Notes under the pieces: generated by a model | What the model was told of the DNA's origin: nothing | Database searches by the model: none | What the model saw: only the letters and a program-made list of their open reading frames with translations | In this document: in pieces, positions 20,094 to 21,546 of the stretch | How positions within the stretch are numbered: the first letter of the stretch is position 1 | Layout: each line of letters begins with the position of its first letter | Made by a program: the position numbers and the translations under genes | Source of the DNA: Octopus sinensis | Lineage: Eukaryota | DNA length: 21,546 bases | Assembly: GCF_006345805.1 (NCBI RefSeq) | Contig: NW_021824409.1 | Coordinates: forward strand, 1 to 21,546 | Reading direction: 5' to 3'

Positions 20094-20460
20094 CATATAT
20101 GCATAGATACATACACACACACACATATATATATATATATACGTGTGTAATATGTATTATGTATATATACACACATATACATACATATATGAAGCCACAC
20201 ATACGTACACACATACATAAGTCATAGCATACAAATGCATGCATGTAGTGACATATTTAAGCATGTATATATATATATATTTATAAGCATGCATATATGT
20301 GTGTGTGTATATATGTGTATGTATGTATGTATATGTGCATATATGTATGCGCAGTTACAAGTATAATTTTGTATATATAGAAAAGCATATATATATATTA
20401 AAATATACATGCATACATTCATAGAAATATATACTCATGCGTGCATAAAACATGCATATT
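19960..20460. repeat. Degenerate TA/CA/TG low-complexity region
   Basis: Direct reading. Confidence 0.9.
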
Positions 20461-20469
20461 TATATACAG

Positions 20470-21070
20470 ACAGACAGAAAAGAAACTGTGTACAGTTGTG
20501 GAAATTAGCTGCCCAACGGATGTTAACATAAAACTGAAGATGAAAAAGAGAATACCTATGCTGAACTATTGAGAAATATGCAGTTACTCTATCCAATTTA
20601 CAAGTTCAGGTTTATACCAGTAATTATTGGGGCACTGGGTTGTGTAGCACATTGCCTAAATACCAATCTTGAGAAATTAGGCTTCTTAGAACCAGAAAGG
20701 AGAAAGCTGATTCGAAAACTACAGATCCAAAGCAACACTAGAAGTGTAAAAATATGTAAAACTTTCCAGAAGTTTAGCATTTAAATACAGATGAGAATGT
20801 ACAGATATGCAACTACATGCATGAGAATACATACATAAGATAAAACATACAAATCTGCACACATACATACATACAAAAATACCCTGTTGTTGATGTTGAA
20901 AAAAGATAGAAATATAAATATACATACATACATACATACATACATACATACATACATACAAACATACATACATACATACATACAAACAAAAATACCCTGT
21001 TGTCGATGTTGAAATTCCAGTGAAGGAGCCTTGGATTTAGGTTAGAAACAGGCTCTTTCTCATTTGGCAG
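20470..21070 (+). mobile_element. 5'-truncated RLE non-LTR retrotransposon, family C (endonuclease C-terminus plus microsatellite-containing 3' UTR)
   Basis: KKLCTVVEISCPTDVNIKLK..EKENTYAELLRNMQLLYP.YKFRFIPVIIGALG...KTFQKFSI* (one frameshift; stop ends at 20784), then (CATA)n and the conserved terminal block. Confidence 0.88.
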
Positions 21071-21300
21071 GTCGTCTGCAGATAACAAATCTCCAATCAG
21101 AGCAATGGAGCTTTTTGATGTTGTAAGAAACTGATGGATTAGAAATACTTCCTCTTTTGTTCAAATAAATTTCTGTGCTGATATCAGCAAATGTTTCTTT
21201 TTACTATACAGAGAAAAACATGGCAAACGAAACAGAAGTAGCTCACCCGGTGTTATACTATGCTCAATAGAGATTGTCTGCAACAGTTCTCCGTTAAAGG
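21071..21300 (-). mobile_element. Highly decayed RTE-like reverse transcriptase fragment
   Basis: Across frames FNGELLQTISI...FAMFFSV..KETFADIST.IYL...LIGDLLSADD resembles the RTE RT segment ending in LLFADD. Confidence 0.5.
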
Positions 21301-21335
21301 AAACCCAAAATTATATTCACGAAGGATATTCACAA

Positions 21336-21546
21336 GGCGGCGAGCTGGCAGACACGTTAGCACGCCGGGCGAAATGCTTAGCGGTATTTCGTCTGCCGTT
21401 ACGTTCTGAGTTCAAATTCCGCCGAGGTCGACTTTGCCTTTCATCCTTTCGGGGTCGATAAATTAAGTACCAGTTACGCACTGGGGTCGATGTAATCGAC
21501 TTAATCCCTTGTTTGTCCCCTCTGTGTTTAGCCCCTTGTGGTGTAG
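21336..21546 (+). mobile_element. tRNA-derived SINE, cut by the window edge
   Basis: GGCGGCGAGCTGGCAGACACGTTAGCACGCCGGGCGAAATGCTTAGCGG...GAGTTCAAATTCCGCCGAGGTCGACTTTGCCTTTCATCC; near-identical to 9164-9380. Confidence 0.93.

Overview
AT-rich, repeat-saturated eukaryotic genomic DNA. The SINE families and microsatellite load suggest an octopus/cephalopod; this rests on remembered similarity, not a search. No host gene or intact transposon ORF is supportable, and almost every ORF in the supplied track is a microsatellite translation. The window is a mosaic of: (i) 5'-truncated RLE-endonuclease non-LTR retrotransposons (R4/Dong-like, at least three families) whose ends abut (AAT)n or (CATA)n repeats; (ii) several tRNA-derived SINE families, including one young copy with a 12-bp TSD and two copies split at an internal microsatellite; (iii) a 421-bp MITE with GG-ended TIRs and a perfect 8-bp TSD (Merlin-like); (iv) a full-length but decayed Tc1/mariner (maT-like) transposon and a solo Tc1 end; (v) (TA)n-embedded short elements, one carrying a minimal type I hammerhead-ribozyme-like motif on the minus strand, with a second degenerate one about 160 bp away. 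The most notable signals are the hammerhead-bearing (TA)n-flanked units and a co-oriented stack of retroelements separated by (AAT)n tracts, with duplicated junction sequences.
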